In this document: positions 60,733 through 64,000 of the stretch, one piece after another
How positions within the stretch are numbered: position 1 is the stretch's first letter
Layout of the letters: the number at the start of each line of letters is the position of its first letter
Origin: Mobula hypostoma
Lineage: Eukaryota
DNA: 64,000 bases
Direction: 5' to 3'
Assembly: GCF_963921235.1 (NCBI RefSeq)
Contig: NC_086104.1
Coordinates: 75,826,001-75,890,000, forward strand
Program-made: the position numbers and the translations under genes
Notes under the pieces: generated by a model
Databases searched by the model: none
Told to the model about the DNA's origin: nothing
What the model saw: the letters and a program-made list of their open reading frames with translations, nothing else

Positions 60733-63700
60733 CTACATCATGAAACACCAACCAATAAATGCTATGACAATGAAGTACATTAAACAAGTAAAATACCCCA
60801 AGAAAATTCATACTACACAATTTGACACGCAGTCATACATGGAGATATTGGGGCAGGTTTGTTATAGACAGAGGATTCAAGGAAGATTTTAAAAGGTGTA
60901 AAGAGAGAAGAGAAAAGACAAGAACTTTAGAGAGAGAATGCCAGGCATTAGGAAGGCGATCAATATCAATCAATGATGATGTAAAATGAGTGGGGAATGA
61001 GCAAAAAAAAATGGCAGAATCAGAGGACACAGAAATTTTGGTAGGTTTAGCACTGACAGTTTACACACCTGGGAAGATGATGCAAAAATCAGTGCACTAA
61101 AATTCCCTAAGGAGCTGTAGTCTAAATAAAGAGCTCAAGCAGCTCAGTACCTTCCAGGGCCTTTACAGTCAAATATAACTAAAGAAGCCAAAGCAAAGGA
61201 AAATTTAAACTTAGTATTGGCAAGTGATTGCCCTTTAAACTTCTACTGTAAATATAGGGAGTAAATCTCATCCCAACAACGAGATATTACCACAATTATT
61301 ATTAAAAATGCTGAATAACAATTTACCATTCCCTGACTTTAAGCTGTGGAACACCACCCCATCCCCCCCACAAAGAGTGATACTCACTCCTCCACTTTGT
61401 TGGGTTTAATCTTCAGGTGGAAGACTATATTTGGGGAGCATGTGCATAAATGTTTTGAAGGCTACAGCACTGGGGATTAGGAAAGCAGTCAATAACGCTT
61501 AGAGGCTTTATAAACAGCAGCACTGAGCTCAGAATGAGATAGTTGTGAGAAATCTGAATGAAATATGTGTCTACCTCAGCCATGAAAGCATTCGCTTCTG
61601 GGCCCCATTCTTCACAAAGGGTACGAGGACTTGAGATGTCATACAAGAGATTTACTACAATACTTACAGAGATGCTAAAGGCATTGACTGGAGAAATTAA
61701 GGTTCATCCTTCTACAGCCTAACTCCTTAAAGATGCTTACTATCACAAAGGGCGAAGATAAAAATGAAGTCAAGCTGCTTTCAATTGTCAAGAGATAAGT
61801 AACAGAAGTCACAGATTTAAGGTTTGGCAAGAGAAACAGATAAAATATGAGAAGGCTTTACGTGCCACACACATTTGAAGTTTGGGTTGGAACATTTATT
61901 AGACTGATGAATCCAGATTCCTCAGTAGTTTTCAAAAAAGAATTAGGTAAACATTTAAAAGCATCATATCATAAGGTGCTGGCAGAGGAAGGAATGAATG
62001 TGTAAGGTAGAAGGTGGGATGTCAACCTAATTAGCTGTTTTGTCTGGACGGCATTAAGGTTTTTTTTAAAGAGTTTTTGGAGTCACACACATCCAGGCAA
62101 GTGGCGAGTGTGCTATGATGCTCTAGACCTCTGCCTTAGAGGGGCAGTATAATTTGGGGTGTCAGGAGGTAAGCCATTTGCTGCAGTATCCCCAGGCTCT
62201 GACCTTTTCTTGTAGACATTTCTGTGACTAGGCACAGTTAAGTTTTTGGTGAATTGGTGACTCACCTCTTTGATGGTGAGGTATTTAGCAATCGTAATCT
62301 CATTGAATGAGCTCATTGAAATCTCATTGAAACAGCACTTAGTAGAGATAGAAAATTTGCTAATGCAGACTCTAGTTCTTTTGAAATTTTACATTGTACC
62401 TGCTTATGGAAATTAATCTCTCCTTTCAAATGCATAGCCCTGTTGTATTGTTCCATGGGACAATACACTGTGTTTTTAAATTCCTTGCCAAATGAAAGGA
62501 ATTTATGGTGAACTTTCTGGGCCACATTACCGTCACACGGCATAAAATCAACCCTGCTGGATGGGGAAGATTGTTGTGCACAGACTGACTGCCATGATAT
62601 ATTGTACCTTAATTGACTGTAAGGGCACTGGTCAGAACCTACATTTTTATTTAACGAGATTAAATACTGTACAAGAATCAGAAGGCTGCTACCCATAGAG
62701 CAAATACTCACTCCCTCACAGCAGTTAATTAGTCAGGGTGCCCTTTATTGCCTTTCCCTTCCTGAATATCACAGTTTCATTGGTGGTAGGTATTGCAGCT
62801 GACATCAGACACAAATTTGTCAATGCCAATCTGAACTTCTCGCTTCATGGACCACAATGAAGAACTTATTTTCAAAGAAAATTTGCAAGCATTGACATAA
62901 ATAGAGACCTGCTCTAGTGAACCAAATCACTACATCTATTACTAGCTAACACTTGGTCTCTTCTTGTTCCTTACTGTATGTGTCTGCTGTGCTCCAATTT
63001 AAAATAACACCCTCCCAAATTCCCTTTATGCCAGTCCCTCTCTCAATGACAACATACATAGAACGTACAGGCTATTCAGCCCCATGAGTCTATCTATCTG
63101 ATTGTTTCTTCCCCCAGGTTACTGCATCTAACGCTGTCAATTTCTCTTCTGCTCACTCATAAGTTTAACTCGCTTCCCTTCAACTACACCCTGTGGTAGC
63201 AACTGTCATTCCCACATCAAAGCCAATTCTGAAATGCCAATGTCTCTTTTGAAAACAGTATAACATCTTTTCTTCTTTTATGTGAATTGAAGGCAGATCA
63301 CAGATACAACTTCCTCCCTATCCCATGATCCTTTGATATCAGGTTGTACTCTCTTTAAACAGACATTCAAAGCAAAGATCATCAGAAACTTGTGCTAGGC
63401 TACACAAATATATGGCCATCACATACAGATGCCTTGAGGTGAGAAACAGTAGACATCAGCCAGCTTCTCAGTATTTGCTAGCCAAAAGATACAATGCACT
63501 TCCTTGAAATCATGAAAACCAGGGCTTGAAGTTCATTACCTTCTGTTGCTACCTCAGGCTATTTGTCACTAGATGCTCACACTCAGCAAAATGCTTTTCT
63601 GGAGCATTATTGTACTCCAAGAATTTTGTGATGTAGCTTGCACAACCAAGGAATGTCAGGTAACATGTCACTGCTATGGAGATGAGGAATCATTAATAGA

Positions 63701-64000
63701 CGGGGCAATGAAAGTAAGTTCACTGCTCTTCGAATTAATACTGTTCTTGTCTACCTGAAAGGCAGCTGAAAGATTCCACAGGACCATGGACTATGTGACT
63801 AGCATCACTTAATTAATTTGTATTTTTCATATTCTATGATTTGAGTTTTTAATATTACTCTGGAGAAAAAGTGTGTTTGGTTAGTGTAAATTTGAGCAGC
63901 CATGTATCTCCTCTTGGGCTTTAATTAAAATATGCAAGGATCCTTTGTGAGACGGGGACACGATCTATAACGTGCTACCAGGCATGGAGCCCAATCAGTC

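Noticed and set aside
62313-62711. 132-aa minus-strand ORF as a candidate upstream SPTLC3 exon
   Set aside because: No resemblance to the SPT N-terminal region and no convincing splice context.

Overview
Vertebrate genomic DNA. The repeat content (CR1 LINEs, a V-SINE, Rex1/Babar and Neptune-type Penelope elements) suggests a cartilaginous fish, probably a ray; this is an inference. The only host gene I can support is serine palmitoyltransferase long-chain base subunit 3 (SPTLC3; SPTLC2 is less likely) on the minus strand. Four internal coding exons (155, 149, 125 and 94 bp) have canonical GT-AG sites and compatible phases. The rest is intron, densely filled with transposable elements. The most notable is a very young 4.9-kb Gmr1-like LTR element with 851-bp LTRs (only 2 mismatches seen) and a 4-bp TSD. 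It keeps intact Gag and protease, but its integrase and RT are reduced to decayed, still in-frame scraps, so it looks like a non-autonomous Gag-protease element. Other elements: a Neptune-type Penelope family with a ~710-codon open frame and minimal hammerhead ribozymes, several in the sense of the host pre-mRNA; an inverted Poseidon-type Penelope pair; a full-length decayed hAT with an 8-bp TSD; a Harbinger derivative; a Chapaev3-like element with nested inserts; Tigger and Tc1 derivatives; a twin-primed, 5'-inverted L1; and many CR1 and Rex1 fragments. Family names come from recalled motifs, not from database searches.
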